Source: the human T2T-CHM13v2.0 reference genome, Homo sapiens
NCBI RefSeq assembly: GCF_009914755.1
Contig: NC_060931.1
Direction: 5' to 3' (one strand)
Length of the DNA stretch: 64,000 bases
Shown here: positions 36,731 to 52,399 of the stretch, piece by piece
Layout: every line of letters starts with the position of its first letter
Numbering within the stretch: position 1 is the stretch's first letter
Notes under the pieces: generated by a model
The model's database searches: none
What the model saw: only the letters and a program-made list of their open reading frames with translations
What the model was told of the DNA's origin: nothing
Made by a program: the position numbers and the translations under genes

Positions 36731-37792
36731 CTGTTATCAGAAAGTATAGTCTTAAAATCTGCTATCAAGCATCTATCAGAAGCCTGATGAGAAATATTCA
36801 GATGATCTAACGCAGTTCCCAAACCTGCATTGTGGGCCGTTTTCATTACAATTACCTAAGGTGCTTTAAAAATTTTCTTGGGCCCTACTCGTTGTGGTTC
36901 AGCAGCTGTGTAATGGAGCAAAAAGGAATAGTCACTAAACAGCGAAGGAAAGTGGTGGAATTATTAAAAGACCTAGCACTTACCTGCTGGGATGAGTCTC
37001 TAACCCCACAGAATTGATTTCAAACACAGGATCTTATTCAAGATAAGGATAATAACAGCTATCTTCTTGGGTTGTAAAAAGTAGCATTAGACTGCATTTT
37101 AAACATTTGGTATGATTTTGAGGACATAACCGTAAACAGCTATTTAATACTATTCCAGGTAGTCAAAGGCCAATGTATAAAAGTTAAAAATATAGGTCTT
37201 GTCAGCTTTTTAAGCGTCTGTCCCACTGACTACCATATCTCTACAAGAGAATAGATGAGGAATTGAGGTTATGTGGGAAGTACGTGTAAGTTTACAGTAT
37301 TAAGAAATGTACAATAAAATTTGTTTCTATGTCAGCGAATATTCTTGACTCAAGGAGTTTGAAAGTGTAAACTCAAAGGTCTTTCACATGTAAAGAGGAA
37401 CCTCTCCATTCTGTACTTGTATAGTCATTACCTCATATAGATTTAATTTTATTAAATTAAATTTTACTTATTTTGGGTTTAAAAAAACTTGGGCTGTGAA
37501 TCTCAGTTTTAAGTCATGGGCAAATTTGATAAAAATTCCTTTCTGTCTACATGTAATACTGAAAAAAATGTTGATAAGGTAAAGCTATCTCCATTTAGAT
37601 TGATACCCATTAAATAGCATAGTGCTCCCATTAAACTAGCGACAAATTCATTTAATTGTGAGATATCTAGTACTTATGCTCCATCCTGTTTATAGGGATT
37701 ATTGATGTGAGATTTGGTCAGATGCTTTGATGTGATCTTCATTCCTCTGTATAGTGGGAAACCATGAGACGTGCTTAGTCTTCATAAATCGA

Positions 37793-37811
37793 TGCTGCCT
37801 CCTAGTGGCCA
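37793..37811 (-). promoter_or_regulatory. CTCF core motif
   Basis: Minus strand reads TGGCCACTAGGAGGCAGCA, a close match to the CTCF consensus, in unique sequence. Confidence 0.7.
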
Positions 37812-38408
37812 TTGCTTTCTTTTCTACCTGTCCACAAACTTCAAAAAAATAGATTTTGGAATTTTGTCAGGGACACTTATCAAGCCATTAATACATGCCA
37901 GGCAGTATGCTCAAAGCTGTGGATAGGCCAGGGAACAGTATTCTTGTGCTTGTGAAGCTTCTATCTGTCTGTATCTACCTCAACCAAATCATCTTGACTC
38001 AGATTTACTGTCGAAGGTCGTGTTATTTCATCAGATTCTTTCAGTATTCTGGGATATAATTTATGGGTTCTGGATTCATTCAAAACAACTAGAAACAGTC
38101 TTTTTAAAATAAATATAATTCAAGTCAATTATTTTCCCCATCTATTTTTTTTCTTTTAAGATTGCTAAGTCTGTAGGTTGCATAATTCTAAGGATAAAGG
38201 CGAAATAGGACTTCACCAGGAGAATTTCTTTCATTAGTTAACAGTATGCCATCTCCTACTTACTGGCATCATCTGGGGAATGAAGGAGCTGAGAATTGTT
38301 CTTCCAGATACCTTTCCGACCTCTTCTTGGTTTTGGCATTAAGTTTTTTTTTAACTCAATTTTTGTGTTAGTTTTTTGTTATGCCTTTTCATTTCCTTCT
38401 TTTTTTAA

Positions 38409-38762
<354 letters not shown>

Positions 38763-40497
38763 TAAGTCCTTTTATTTTACAGAGTATTACTTGTTAGAAA
38801 TGGCACAGATCAAGCATTGCTACAACTGGTATCAAATTCCCATCAATGTCCCTACAAGGATATGATACGCTTTCTCTCTTCTCTTTAGGGTAATGTTCAA
38901 TTACACTGCATATATTTTGCTATTATGTAGGTTTTTTTTTTTTTTCCACATATACTGGCTTTACAAATGCCATATAATTAGTATGGTACCAAATTGTTAT
39001 TACATTTGAAATACGTTAAAAAGAATCCAGGAGTCAGGGTGGGTGGGGAGACAACTCCAGGGACACAATACATTGTGTCTTGTATTAAAAACTAGTGTGT
39101 GTTGGGGTGGGGAACAGGCAGGAAACTAATATGTTTCTGTTTGATATATGAAAATATGCACAAGCTATCATGTTTCATCTCATATCAACAAAATGATTAT
39201 AATAAATCATACTCTAGAAAACTCATTAACTGATACAAGTTGCCAGAAAATGCTGCACTATGGCTTATTTCACATTTTAAAATAAATGCCCTGAAAGTGA
39301 TCACAATGATAGTTAAAAGTTAAATTTTTTATTTTAAAATTTAAATTTTTATTTTAAAAAATAGCTCTCTGAATCTGACTTGGATAAGCTTTATTTTAAT
39401 TGTGATTCTGCTAATTACAGAGACACTTCAATTCACACTCATAGGAGGTATGATTTTTAAAAGGAAATTGTTGATTAGGGTCTTGGGCTAGTCCAGTGTA
39501 GCATGGCAGTGAAAGGCACAGACTCTGGAGTCATACTTAGTTTGCAGAGCTTAGCATATTAATCTTACCATGTCTTAGTTGCTATGAAAATGAGTACCTG
39601 CTTCCTTGTACTGTCAAGATTAAGATAAGCAGTTAGCACTCCCTAGAACATACTAATTTGTCAATATTAATGATAGCTAACAATTATCCTGATATTGAAT
39701 GATGGACTCCAAATTATTTATTGTGGCCTAGGAAAAGTACTAAGAAGTAATTGATAGCATTCCCTGATAATTTTGGTGAAAAGAAAAACTATGAAAATTC
39801 TGGACAGGACTGGAAATTTATTGTAAATGAAAGTATGCTTCCCTGGTGCAAAGGTAATGTGATGTTTTTAATCACATATTTTAAAATTAAAAATTTGATC
39901 AAATTTTTAAAAGTAACACGAGGCAGAGAAAGTACAGAAAGGAGCAACCAGAGTCAAAGTGATTAAGTTATAAAAAGGTTAGATTTCTTTGGTGTGAAAA
40001 GATAAATGAGAAATGAGAATATGCCAGAGATCTGAAATGAAGAATGGATAAGAGCTTGCATATTTAATTTTGTATATTAAAACCAAATATTCTATGAAGA
40101 TTGGAAGGATAATTTTAGGTCAAATGAAATTCTACATTAAAGAAAGAAGAATAAACCTTAACAACTCATTAGTAATCCTTCATTTCCTGAGTATTTACTG
40201 CATGACAGTAACAGAGATGACATGCCCGGTAAACTGGTGTTTGAAGGCAATATATAAAAGCTTCCCATGCATGGCAAAGATGCATTTTCCTCTATGCATA
40301 GCAATATGGGAGAGATTGGAGGAGAATCTTCATGGAAATGGATGACTTGTGCTTGACCCTAAGGATAGTAAGGATTTCCATAGATGGTTAGGAAAACTTC
40401 AAATTGGCAGACAGGAAGGCAAGAAGGAGTAAGATGTGGTTGAGTAATAAGGAGTAGACTGACCTCTCTGTACAGTAAAGGCTCAAATCCTTTTTAT

Positions 40498-40985
40498 TGC
40501 AAAGAAAGGACCTGTCCTTCACCAGTTCCTGGAAGAAAATCTCTTGAGTCCTTGGGATGTCTTACCTGTTAAGAGTGCTTTTGTATGCCTGAGACCATAG
40601 GCCTTGCTGTTACAGTTTAAGCTCTGGGAAACGAGATTCAGGAGCTAAGGTCAGTTATGAGGGAACTGAATATTTATGTGACTGAACCCTCATAAAAACC
40701 CTGAACACCAAGGCTCAAGAGAGCTTATTAGCAATACTTTGCATGTGTTGGTAAACACCGTTGCTGAACTAGGTGCTGTCTGTGCAGCTCCACTGGGAGA
40801 GGACATCTTGAAGTTTGTGCCTGGTTTCTCCTGATTTTCACCCTGCACACCTTTTCCATTTACTGATTTTAATCTATATCCTCTCACTATAATCTGCAAC
40901 TGGGAGCATAGCAGCTTTTCTGAGTCCTATGATTCCAAGTGTATCAATGAACCTCAGTATGATCTTGGGGACCCCCAACTCACTA
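40498..40985 (+). mobile_element. MER21-like LTR
   Basis: ATAAAAACCCTGAACACCAAGGCTCA...CCACTGGGAGAGGACA...TCTTGGGGACCCCCAAC. Confidence 0.75.
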
Positions 40986-43900
40986 TCTAAATAAAATTTT
41001 CATTGAAAATTAGTGAGAAGGGAAGAGATGGCCTTCAATACTAGTGCAAAGTTAATACTTTATTCTTAGAGCAGCAAGTTGATTTTAGGGGATTAAAAAT
41101 CTAAGACGTTTAAGGGAACATGAATTTGGATGCATTGAACAGAATTGGTAACCTGAAGGAGAAACTGGAGGCAAATTGTTTCAAGTTAGGAAGCTATTGC
41201 AGTAATTAAACTGAGCTGACACATTTTCATGTCAGATTTTCAGATATGATAAAGGCTGGAAGTACAGAGTTTCAAAAGATGTACATAAATTTATGGAAAG
41301 GAAATTTTGGAATGGTGATTCTAACCTTTAAGGTTGGTGCCATGGAAGGAAAACAAGTAACTTTGCAACAATCTGTTCAACAATGAGAGTTACCAAATGC
41401 CAGACACTGCTAAGTGCTGGGAACTTAGATGTAACCAAAGACTTAAAAGATACTAGTCTTTAAGACAGGCTTTGAGAAATTCAAGTGTAGGGTAAGGCCA
41501 CCTCCCCAGCAAGTAAATACTGACATGGTGAAGATATGTATTGGGTGATATGAGAGCCCATAGGAGAGACATCTAAAGTTTAATAGCAACACTAGGCTGG
41601 ACTGAGTGGTGAATACGTTGATATAGCAATTTAATAAATGTGTTATTGTCAATGTAGGCATTTTGCTCATAGCTTAGGGCAAGTGATAAAAAACAGAGCT
41701 TAACAAAGGACTGGATGTTTTAGTTTGACAGCAGTGTCTAAATTACAGATTAGAGAACTAATGACTAGCCATACCGAAGACATTTATCTGGAAATGCCTT
41801 CCCTAAGTGCCAACAGAGAATGAAAATATAGTCAATAGCTTTAAGTGACCCCATGCATCTTAATGCCTTTCAAGCAACATGTTTTTCTGACTTCCAAATA
41901 TAAACAACCTAAGCATTGTGCAGTAGCCATGAGGGACTAGGTATCCAAGTGCACATTATATTGGCTTTGTAGAGCCATTGGAGGGAGTAATAGTTTCAGA
42001 GTCATGAAACAAATCATAAGTAGCTGCTCTGGTGCTCTCTAGAGGCAGAACTTGCTGAATTTGAAGACTATTAATGATGCAGCTCTCACTGGTACAAGTG
42101 AAAAACCTCTCAGCCCTACACAGCATCTTTAAGAAAGCTTTAATTTTGGTTTTTCAGAGCAATATTCACATGACATCTTTCGGATCTGGAATCTTAATTA
42201 CCATTAGGTTGGAACTCTACCTGAACTAAAAATAAGTGGTCTCTATCACGTTGAAATTACTTTAATATTTTCATTTATGTTTATACTATTTATTTAAATG
42301 CGGAGAACATGGCTAACCATTCAGGACCATTTAATTATCAAATTATTAATGATTCTTCCATAATAAACAAGCAAACTGTCATACTTGTTGACTTATATTT
42401 CATTCCATGGAATTCAAATTTAATTAATTGATAAATCACATTGTACTTTATAAGAGTTTATTCCTTAAGTGTTTGAATTTACACTTTTTTCTCCTGTGAC
42501 AGCATCTATTCCCAAGGCAATCAACATTTTAATGGAACGAACTGAGGTTTGCAATTGCTAATGTTATTCTCCCATCCCAGTTTCTACTTGTTTCTTGTAA
42601 AAAAGGAGGTTTCTAAATCTTGACTGTTGATTGACAATTAATGGGCTAAATTTCCCATTAGCAAACACTTTTCACATATACACTAATATTAGTATCTAAA
42701 TTATATTAAAATCTAATTTGGTAGCAATTGACTTGAAATTTGTGATACTTCAACTTGTGCTAGGTTGTAGTTTTGCTTGTATCACTCATAGTTACTAAAA
42801 ATGCAAAAGGCAAATTTGAAATAACTATAAAAATAAACCTTTAATGAACTTTTTAATATGCAATACTCAATTGTAAATAACCATTATCTTTACTGAATCA
42901 GATGTTTCATTAACTGTTAGCAGTTATTTCGAGTTATTTATATATCACAGAATTTTGAACTAAAGATCATCTAGCTGAATTTCCTTTATATTAAAGAAGA
43001 GGAGAAAATCTTAATACTAAGTATGTGTGAGCCTGGAGCTGCCATGGAGCATGTAGAGAGAGTCTCCTAGTTGATACCAACTCAGGAAAGCAGAATCAAG
43101 CAATAAAGAGACATTTTGGGCCTGATGACATCATTTCAGCACCTGGATCCAGCGATGCCTAAAGATGTGACTCCTAGACTTTTCACTTACATGAGCCAAA
43201 ACGGTTCCTTTGCATCAATAAATCGCTCTGTGATGCATTTTATAATGTACAACCAAGAATCTCAATATTTATTATTTTGCATTAAATATCAGTAAGTTTG
43301 ATATAAAAAGCTCAGTAAAATTCATTAATTTGAGAATGTGTCTATATCATAGTAAAGTTTTAAACCTACATAATTTTCAATATTTATACCTTTTACTGCA
43401 AAAATAAAAATGAGTTTATCCTTGCCCTAAAGCTGTAAAATTAAACTCTGTACAATTCTAGTTATTTGAAATATAAAATAAAATTATTGGTCATTTCATG
43501 TATACATTTGTGGTAACACTTTAACTTTTTCCCTGTAAGGCCATCTTTTGTATGTTTCTGTTTCCATCAAGCAGGCTTTTAATGCAACTTTATCTTCTGG
43601 GTTTCCCTAGTCATAATTAAGGGTTTGGCCCTAGTTCACAAGTAATCTTCCAGCACAAATTTTATAAACAAATGCCCTGTGAATCTGCATGGCATAAATC
43701 AAGTCTCTAGATCCTGATCACTTCTATGTGAATTTGTAATATTCTGCTTTTGGACTTGTAAGACCAAGAGCAGACTCCCTAAACACAGAGGAGGCAGTAA
43801 TTTAGGACAGCTTAAACATTCTGGCTGACTGCCTCATCAATGCTATTTAATAACAGAATTCTGGGGATGTCTTGAAATAGATACATTGGCAGTTTTTTTG

Positions 43901-43989
43901 TTTTTGTTTTTGCTTGTGTCACACATAATGCTGATGAAGAAACCATGAAGTGTCATATGAAAGGAAGTTACGATTATTATTGGTGAGTA

Positions 43990-44505
43990 CATCAGTTAGA
44001 ATGGTATTTGGCTATAAGCACTGGAAACTCTGACTGCCAGTGGCTTTAACAGGCAGGAGGAGTTCATTTATCTCGAGAGAAAAGAACAGAAAAGTGAAAA
44101 GCAAGGCAGTTCAGACTGGGGCACCTACTCAAAGAAGTGACCCAGTACCCAGGCCACTATTTTCTCTTTGCCATCCTTTTGTTCTAATAATTTGCCTGTC
44201 ATCTCGTGACTCATATTTTCCATCTAATTAGAATAAAGAAAGATGAAATAGGAAAGTGAGATTATCATATGGGAAAAATAAATGCTTTCCCAACTATAAC
44301 CAGCAGACTATACTGGCAAAATATACTGCTTGAATGCCATTGGCCAGATCTTTGTCATATGGTTACCCTAACTACAAGGGAGGCTAGGAAGGTGAGGGAT
44401 TTTTTTCCTTTTATAGTGACATTTTGCCACTCCAAATAAAAAAAGGGTTGCTGTTAGGAAAAAGAGAAGAATGGGGATGGGGTGAACAACCAACAATGCT
44501 GCCAT
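43990..44505 (-). mobile_element. Old MaLR LTR (MLT1J/K-like)
   Basis: CATTGGCCAGA...GTCATATGG...CTACAAGGGAGGCTAGGAA. Confidence 0.65.
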
Positions 44506-45748
44506 TGTGCTAGTATAGAAGCAAGTATCTCAGAGGCAGGTGAAAACAACTTCTATGCCCAAACAGAATTCTTTTTTATCTCTGATATAAAATGCAGAAT
44601 ATGAATTTTAATAAATTCCCCAGGTGAGTCATATGCACATTAAAGTTTGAGAAGCACTGATCTATACTGTCTTTCTACACACTTTTTTACCTTACTTTAT
44701 CCTTCAGGATTCTGGCGTCAAGTCCCTCCCTATCAGTCTTTAAAAACTGTAGCCTTAAATCAGTAGGGATATAGAAGACATGAACAATACTTTCATCCAT
44801 CTTGACCTAACTGCCATTTATAGAACGTTCTATCCCAAGACATCAGAATATATATTCTTTTTAAACATTTAATGAAAGGATTTAACTCCCAAACTCCAAA
44901 GCAAGATGTTCTAAGAAGACTCATTTAAAAAATTAATCTCAAAAAACAGATTTTAAATTGTACAGGAGAAATGCTTATATGAGAACAGAATTATGGGGCA
45001 CTCTGAATACTAATTTAAGAAAGAAATATAAACCCCTTTTAAAACTCACATAATTTTCCCATTTCCCTTGAAGAAGATACTAATATTTCTGATATCATAT
45101 AGGAGTAAAAATTGCGGGGAGGTCCTAATATCCAATATTAATAGAGCTGTGATTATTCAAGCTGTAGACTTAAATTTTTTAAATAGAGTAATGGTTGTTT
45201 AGTAGAGATTAATATCTAAATAAGGAAAATGAAGAAAGGGACTAAAAATCAAGTAAATAGGATAATTGAGTTTCAATGGGCAAGAATTTTTATATCATGA
45301 TTTTACCACTCTGAATATCAAAGTCAGTGATGTCTCCAAAAGGCAAAGGGAAGTGTACCAATTTTTGGAGCACTATAAAAAGTGAAAAGTCATCTGCCAG
45401 ATCTAACATGGTATACTCTAATGGAAAAATCATCAAGATTCTCTTCCTTTTTATGATTCTATAGTAACAGTTTAGTTGAGAAAATAAATCATAATTTGTG
45501 ATTTCAAACATTTAATATGTGCACATGTATATTATAATATACTCATCCTTTATATTTATCATGCTTTTTTGAATAAATTTGCCACCTTATTGCATATGAA
45601 GAATATCTCCATATTCTTACAGCTGTTTTTCTTGGTTGCTTTCTAATTCCTTTCCTCCCTTATTGGTTACCTATGAATTGCTCAGTTCTAACAATGATTT
45701 GTAAATTTTAATACTATAGATATATTGCTGTTAATTATTACACCTAAA

Positions 45749-45754
45749 AATAAA
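45749..45754 (+). terminator. LSM8: Candidate distal poly(A) signal AATAAA for a very long LSM8 3' UTR isoform
   Basis: AATAAA with upstream TGTA and downstream GT/T-rich TGTCCATGTTTTTTT. Consistent with my unverified recollection of a ~20 kb annotated gene span. Confidence 0.4.
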
Positions 45755-46029
45755 TTATTTTACAGAGGCTACTAAGAATGTCCATGTTTTTTTCTGAGAT
45801 TCTTGCCATATTTTAAGGGTGATATGTAATTATGGGGATAACGGATGGTATGTAAAAATAGCAAGGACACACTTTTTTAAAAAAGAAAAGTTTACATTTG
45901 AAGGAAGCCCTGGACTTTGATGATTTAAGAAGAATTTTAATTATTGTCCTCAAGCAAGATTCAATTTTCTGGTTTGATGGGGCTATATTTTTCATTTACT
46001 ACAGTAAAAAATAAAGCATATGAAACTAT

Positions 46030-46705
46030 AAACAAGACACCTGCATGTGTATGCTTATCATTGCACGATTCACAGTAGCAAAGTCATAGAACCAACCTAA
46101 GTGTCCATGAGTGGTTGATTTGATAAAGGAAATATTTCATATATACATATACATATACACACACATACACACATATGTAACATTTTTGTATATATACACA
46201 ATAACATTTACTGTTTACACATTGTATATAGTGTATATATAGAGTGTATATATAATGTGTGTGTATATATATACACACATTCCATGATATATAATATATA
46301 AAATATTTAAATATATATAATATATAATATTATATATATATATAATGGAATACTATGAAGCCATAAAAAAGAATTAAATCATGTCCTTTGCAGCAACATG
46401 GATGGAGCTACAGCCCATTATCCTAAGTGAACTAACTTGGAAAGAGAAAATCAACTATCACATTTTCTCACTTATCAGTGGGAGCTAAACAATGTGTACA
46501 CATGGACACAAAAATGGAAATAATAGACACCTGGGACTACAATGGGGGGAGTATAAGAGGAGGCTCAGGGTTGAAAAATTACCTATTGGGTAATGTTCAC
46601 TCTATGAGTGATGGGTACACTAGAAACCCCATCTCCACCTTTACACAATATACCCATGTAATAAACATGCACATGTATCCCCTGAATCTAAAATTTAAAA
46701 AAAAG
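46030..46705 (+). mobile_element. L1PB-like 3' end with internal TA/CA low-complexity expansion
   Basis: AACCAACCTAAGTGTCCAT...GCAGCAACATGGATGGA...CCCCTGAATCTAAAAT plus A tail. Confidence 0.85.
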
Positions 46706-48700
46706 GATACAAAATTTAAATTTCAAATTATTACAGAACTCAACTGACAGATTTAAAATACTTTATTTTCCTATACAGCTGAACAGTAGTTATTCATTTG
46801 TTAAACTTAGTTTTGGTATGTTCTGGAAAAATATTAAGAATAATGAGTATCAAATTGGGCCAAATAACAATAATATTCATCTATGCTATGTGATCTAATT
46901 CAAAGAGTACAGGTTTGGGGTCAGACATATTTGAGATCAATTCCACATTCTGTATATTACTAACTCATTTTTATAAGGCTAGGGTGTGGATTAAATGAGA
47001 TTAAATGTACATAATCTACAAAAGATTACATTCCTTCCCCCTATTTTATGACTATACATAGAATAGGGTATTCATTAGGTTACCATATAGAGTAGTATTG
47101 ACAAATATTAGTTTTTGGAAATGAATCTAATTCATTATATATTGAAATGCCAGTTTCATGCCATCCAAATGATCTTTTGTGGAAAGAATTAGTTAAACGT
47201 AATTATTAGTAGCAGGTCATTTAGATAAGTGAAATTATAAACGGTACAGGTTGCTTTGGTTTGTTTAAAAAACTAAAGAAAAATGATTGTGTAAGTTCAG
47301 GTCCTTCCGAGAAAAAGAAAAAAAAAAAATAGCACACACACACACTGTGGGGGCAATGGGAGAGTGTCTGCACTTACACATAGCTACTAAGTAGAAAGCT
47401 GTAAATAAATACAGTGACAATGGAGATGAAAAAAAGGAGATGAACTGAAAGAGTTAGACATTGAATAAATGGATTCTGTAAGGTGGACATTTTGCTTGTA
47501 ATAATTATCAAAGAAAAAGAAGAGAGAGAGAAAGAGGAGCAAGAGAAGTGAGTGAAAAAGAGGAAGGAAGGAGTGGTAGAGACAGAGGTGTGACAGGACA
47601 AACCAATTAGGTATGAGCTTAAGCCAAGGAAGTAAGAGAAAAAGATAAGAATAGTAAAGTCTATGAAAAGACATATCAGAAACTTTTTTCATAGACATTT
47701 ATAATTAAATTTGTGTATATTATTTTACAATTATTTATAAACACTTACTGTAATAAATATTAATAGCTTAATTTTATAACTATAAATTGTCATGCAGTTT
47801 AATATGCTTATTACTACTACCTGACAGCTGTAGATTACTGGACAGAGGAAGAGAGAGAGGTGCAAAAATAGATAAATTAATAAAATCTGATACTTCTCTC
47901 TATATACGGTTTGAAATATATATTTAATGATACATGGGCATGGGTTAAAAAATGAGAAATTATGGTCTAAAATTCCCTGTATAAGCTTACAATTAGAAGA
48001 TATCAGAGAACATACTGTGTTCTTCTTTTTTATTTATAGTTCTTTAACATAACTCAATTGAACTTACACATCATAAACATCAATAGGGACTATAAATGTA
48101 TGCCATACATTTAGAAATTCAAAAATACTAATTGCTAGGCATATTATGCTGATTGCATTATTGTAACATTGCATTTTAATGCCTTTTATGTGCTAGACAT
48201 TATTCTAGGTGCTCCAGGAAATCTACAAATATGACTCCTGATCTCAAACAGCTTATAATACTGCAGGAGATATAAAATGTGTATAAGGATAAAAATAAAA
48301 CAAAAATTCCTGAGGTTGGGAAGCTCTAGATTGTGGTTATCAAGAGCTACTGCTTCTGGAATTATTTTAGGAGAGCATGCATTCTGGGATTTGGATGAAA
48401 AATTTTTACCACACTCTTAATGAATATATTTAGGAAGTATAGCGAAATCCCTTTGTAATATTGGTCTGGGGTAGATAATTTAAATTCGTCTTACAAGATA
48501 ACCAATATTTCTAAGATTTTGTTCATTCGAAGTATAGAACCAGTAATGAAGATAGAGAAAAAGTTATCTCTCTTTAGATACACAGAGTTCTTTCTATATA
48601 TATGTATAATTACTAATATATATTAGCTTTATATATATTACACATGTTTATATATAATATTACATATATTATATATAATTTTTAGGTTATATATTATTAC

Positions 48701-48706
<6 letters not shown>

Positions 48707-48762
<56 letters not shown>
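48707..48762. repeat. (TA)28 microsatellite
   Basis: Perfect dinucleotide run with a degenerate TA-rich left flank. Confidence 0.95.
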
Positions 48763-48764
<2 letters not shown>

Positions 48765-50435
48765 CTTTGGAGCTGAGAGGTACCAGGGAGAATTCATGAT
48801 TACTGCTGTAATTAATTAATTCAAGAAAATAACATTTTATTAGGCATAACTGATATAAAAGGCTACAATTAATTTGATTTAAATTCACAGTAAGACTTCT
48901 TACCCTCGACTTATTTTCCCAAGTAGAGAAACCAATTAGAAACACTCTCTAAATAGATGCTGAATCTAATTAGTATAACATAGTCCATATGCATAGCATA
49001 TTTGCATTGTACATTGTGTTGCAAAATATGTATTGTAAAGTAATTTCTAGAAGAACAGACCTGCCAGAGTAGGTACTGCTTATGTCAATTTCATGAAGAT
49101 AAAGAAGCCAATCAACTCATCTATGGTCCTGGGGCCATGGTTAACTGAGATCTGCCTTCAAACACTTGATGAGGAAAACAAGTATTATTACTTCAACTAG
49201 AAGAAACTCTAGGCCTAATGAGTCTTCTCAAAAATAAATTTCAACTGGAGTGAAAACACAACTAAATCTGACTTCTTCAAGTGGATCTTATTGGATCCCA
49301 TATTTTGATAGTATTGCTGTAAAAACACTATGGGGAGAGGAAAGAGAATGCGTTTGGGAGCCTGGCAGGCTTGGAGTTAAATTATGGTTTAACCACTTTT
49401 TTTAACTGTAGGATCCTGGGCCAATTAATCTCTCTGAACCATAGTTTTGTGATTAGTAAAAACAAGAAAATGACAGCATGGCAACCTTGCAGAGTCATTA
49501 TAATTATGCAGAGAAGATATGCTCAGCACATAATATGGTGTCTAACCCAGAGTAAAACACTGAATAAATATTAGTTCCATCTCTCCCAACTCTCTTATTT
49601 AAAAGATAATAAAAGAATCATAAAATTCTACCAGCGTAAAGACTATTCTTCAGAATTCTCATCCATTACTAAAAAGTATAAGGAATTCAATTAAACAATA
49701 AACAAATATATAATAACATTGAAAATATAATGTTCTGAGGCTTTGCTACAAAGTACCCCTTTGGAACATAATTGAACAATATCCAGAATGAATATTCATT
49801 ATACTCTTGGTAGGCAATTAATGCATTAAAATATCTCACGTGGCACATCATCATATGCAAGGGAGAATGTGATTTATGAAAATTTGATACCTAAAAGTGA
49901 ATTACAGTTATCATAATCCTAACTTGACCCTATCAAACTAACAGAAAATATCATCATGAACAGAATTGGTGTCACACTTGGAGAATGACAAATTTAAATA
50001 GCATGATGTTTCTGAGTTTATTCCAGTAGGGTCAGAGAGCATACTTATTTTGCTCTTTAATTCTTTAGTCCAATGAGGGAATATTGGTAGACACCATTGA
50101 GTATAGCACAAAGCATCCATTGTAAGGCCTAGAGGCACTGTATTTTGCAAGATAGCAGATGATAGAAAACAGGTAAGAGATAACGACCCTTGCAAAAATT
50201 TTCAAGCTGCCAGGGGAGATATGTGCAAGAGAGACCAATGTACTTACTTATTCTCCCTATTCTTCTTCTCAGGAAGATGCTAATAAATTCGTTTAGCCCT
50301 AGCCATTTTATCTATCCTTTGACTGAATCCTGCAAACGTGGCCATTTCTGTTCTCTTGGAAAGAATAAATGAAAAAGTTCCATGTTAAGAATTCATCTAT
50401 TCTAAACGACTTGGAGGTTATACTCCGTGAATTAA

Positions 50436-51161
<726 letters not shown>

Positions 51162-52399
51162 TAAACTATTTAAAAAGCTATTTGCTGATTAGTCTATTAT
51201 GGTATATTGTAACAAAACTTAGCTGCCTTGAAAATTGAATATAATTAAAGATTTAAGTAAGGGACCATAGATACCACCCTCAAAGTAGAAGCATATGTAA
51301 CATATAAAGTAATTTTAAAAGTATATTTAGGTAAGAAAATATGTTTTATTTCCCAATATTAGGGCATACCCTAGTACCCCTGAAAGATACTCAATAATTA
51401 CTTGTTGAATGAATAAGTGAATGAAATTAATATTTTCCTTAGAAAAGATTTTTGAAAAACCATTAAAACTAACTGTTCTGTATGCGTACCTTGAAGATCA
51501 GAACTACACCTATTTCATGTTTGCATTTCTGGCATCTAGCAAAATGCCTGACTCATAGAAGTTTCACTAAATGTAGACTAAACTCATGGTGGCCTCATGC
51601 AGTTGTTCAGGTCATGCACTACAAAAGTCACCACATCTAAAGGGAAACAATTTTCACTGTACTATTATATTTTTGTTTTTGTGATGCATTTTTGTACATC
51701 TATTAAAACTTTGAGTAGAGTCCAGCGATGGTCTCTTCGTATGTTTATTACACAAATGCAAATCTTCTGGCTAATGCCAATAAAGTATCTTTGTTGTAAC
51801 AAAATTAGTAAATCATGACAATTAGCCAACAGATGAAATAAAAGTATTTTGTTCTAATGGGAGTCAACATATATCATTCCTTTCAACTTATGAAAGGGAA
51901 AGGATATTGGTAGACTGTTAATACAACCATGTGTAAAATAACTTGTGATTTTCAGTAAAAAAATGCTTTTAATTTCTATAAGAATCCACAAGAGTAAACT
52001 GAAAATATAATTTGGTATTAGTGTACACTGTCTAAACCTGACATGTCTTTTTTTTTTAAATCTGACATTTCTTATTGTAGTTTATATTGTCTTCTGTTTG
52101 TTTACAGTCCTAGTTTAAATAGACAAGCATTTTTATTATGAATAAATCATTATATCATATTTAATGGTTATTAGTAATAATTCAATTGTAAAAGCAGTAG
52201 ATCCATTTTGTAACAAATCCAATGTTATAAGTATAGAGAAACAAATAATATACTTAATTATTTTAAAGTATATATGTACTTAAAATAATTTACTTAATTT
52301 AAGTAAAAACAAATATTATACTTAATTTGCTTTTTACTTATATAACGGTACTGTATGGGCTTCTTGAACATAGTGAACTTTAGAACTTAAAACTTTCTC

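Noticed and set aside
42030-42050. Second CTCF-like motif
   Set aside because: Mismatches in core positions; too weak to call without ChIP data.
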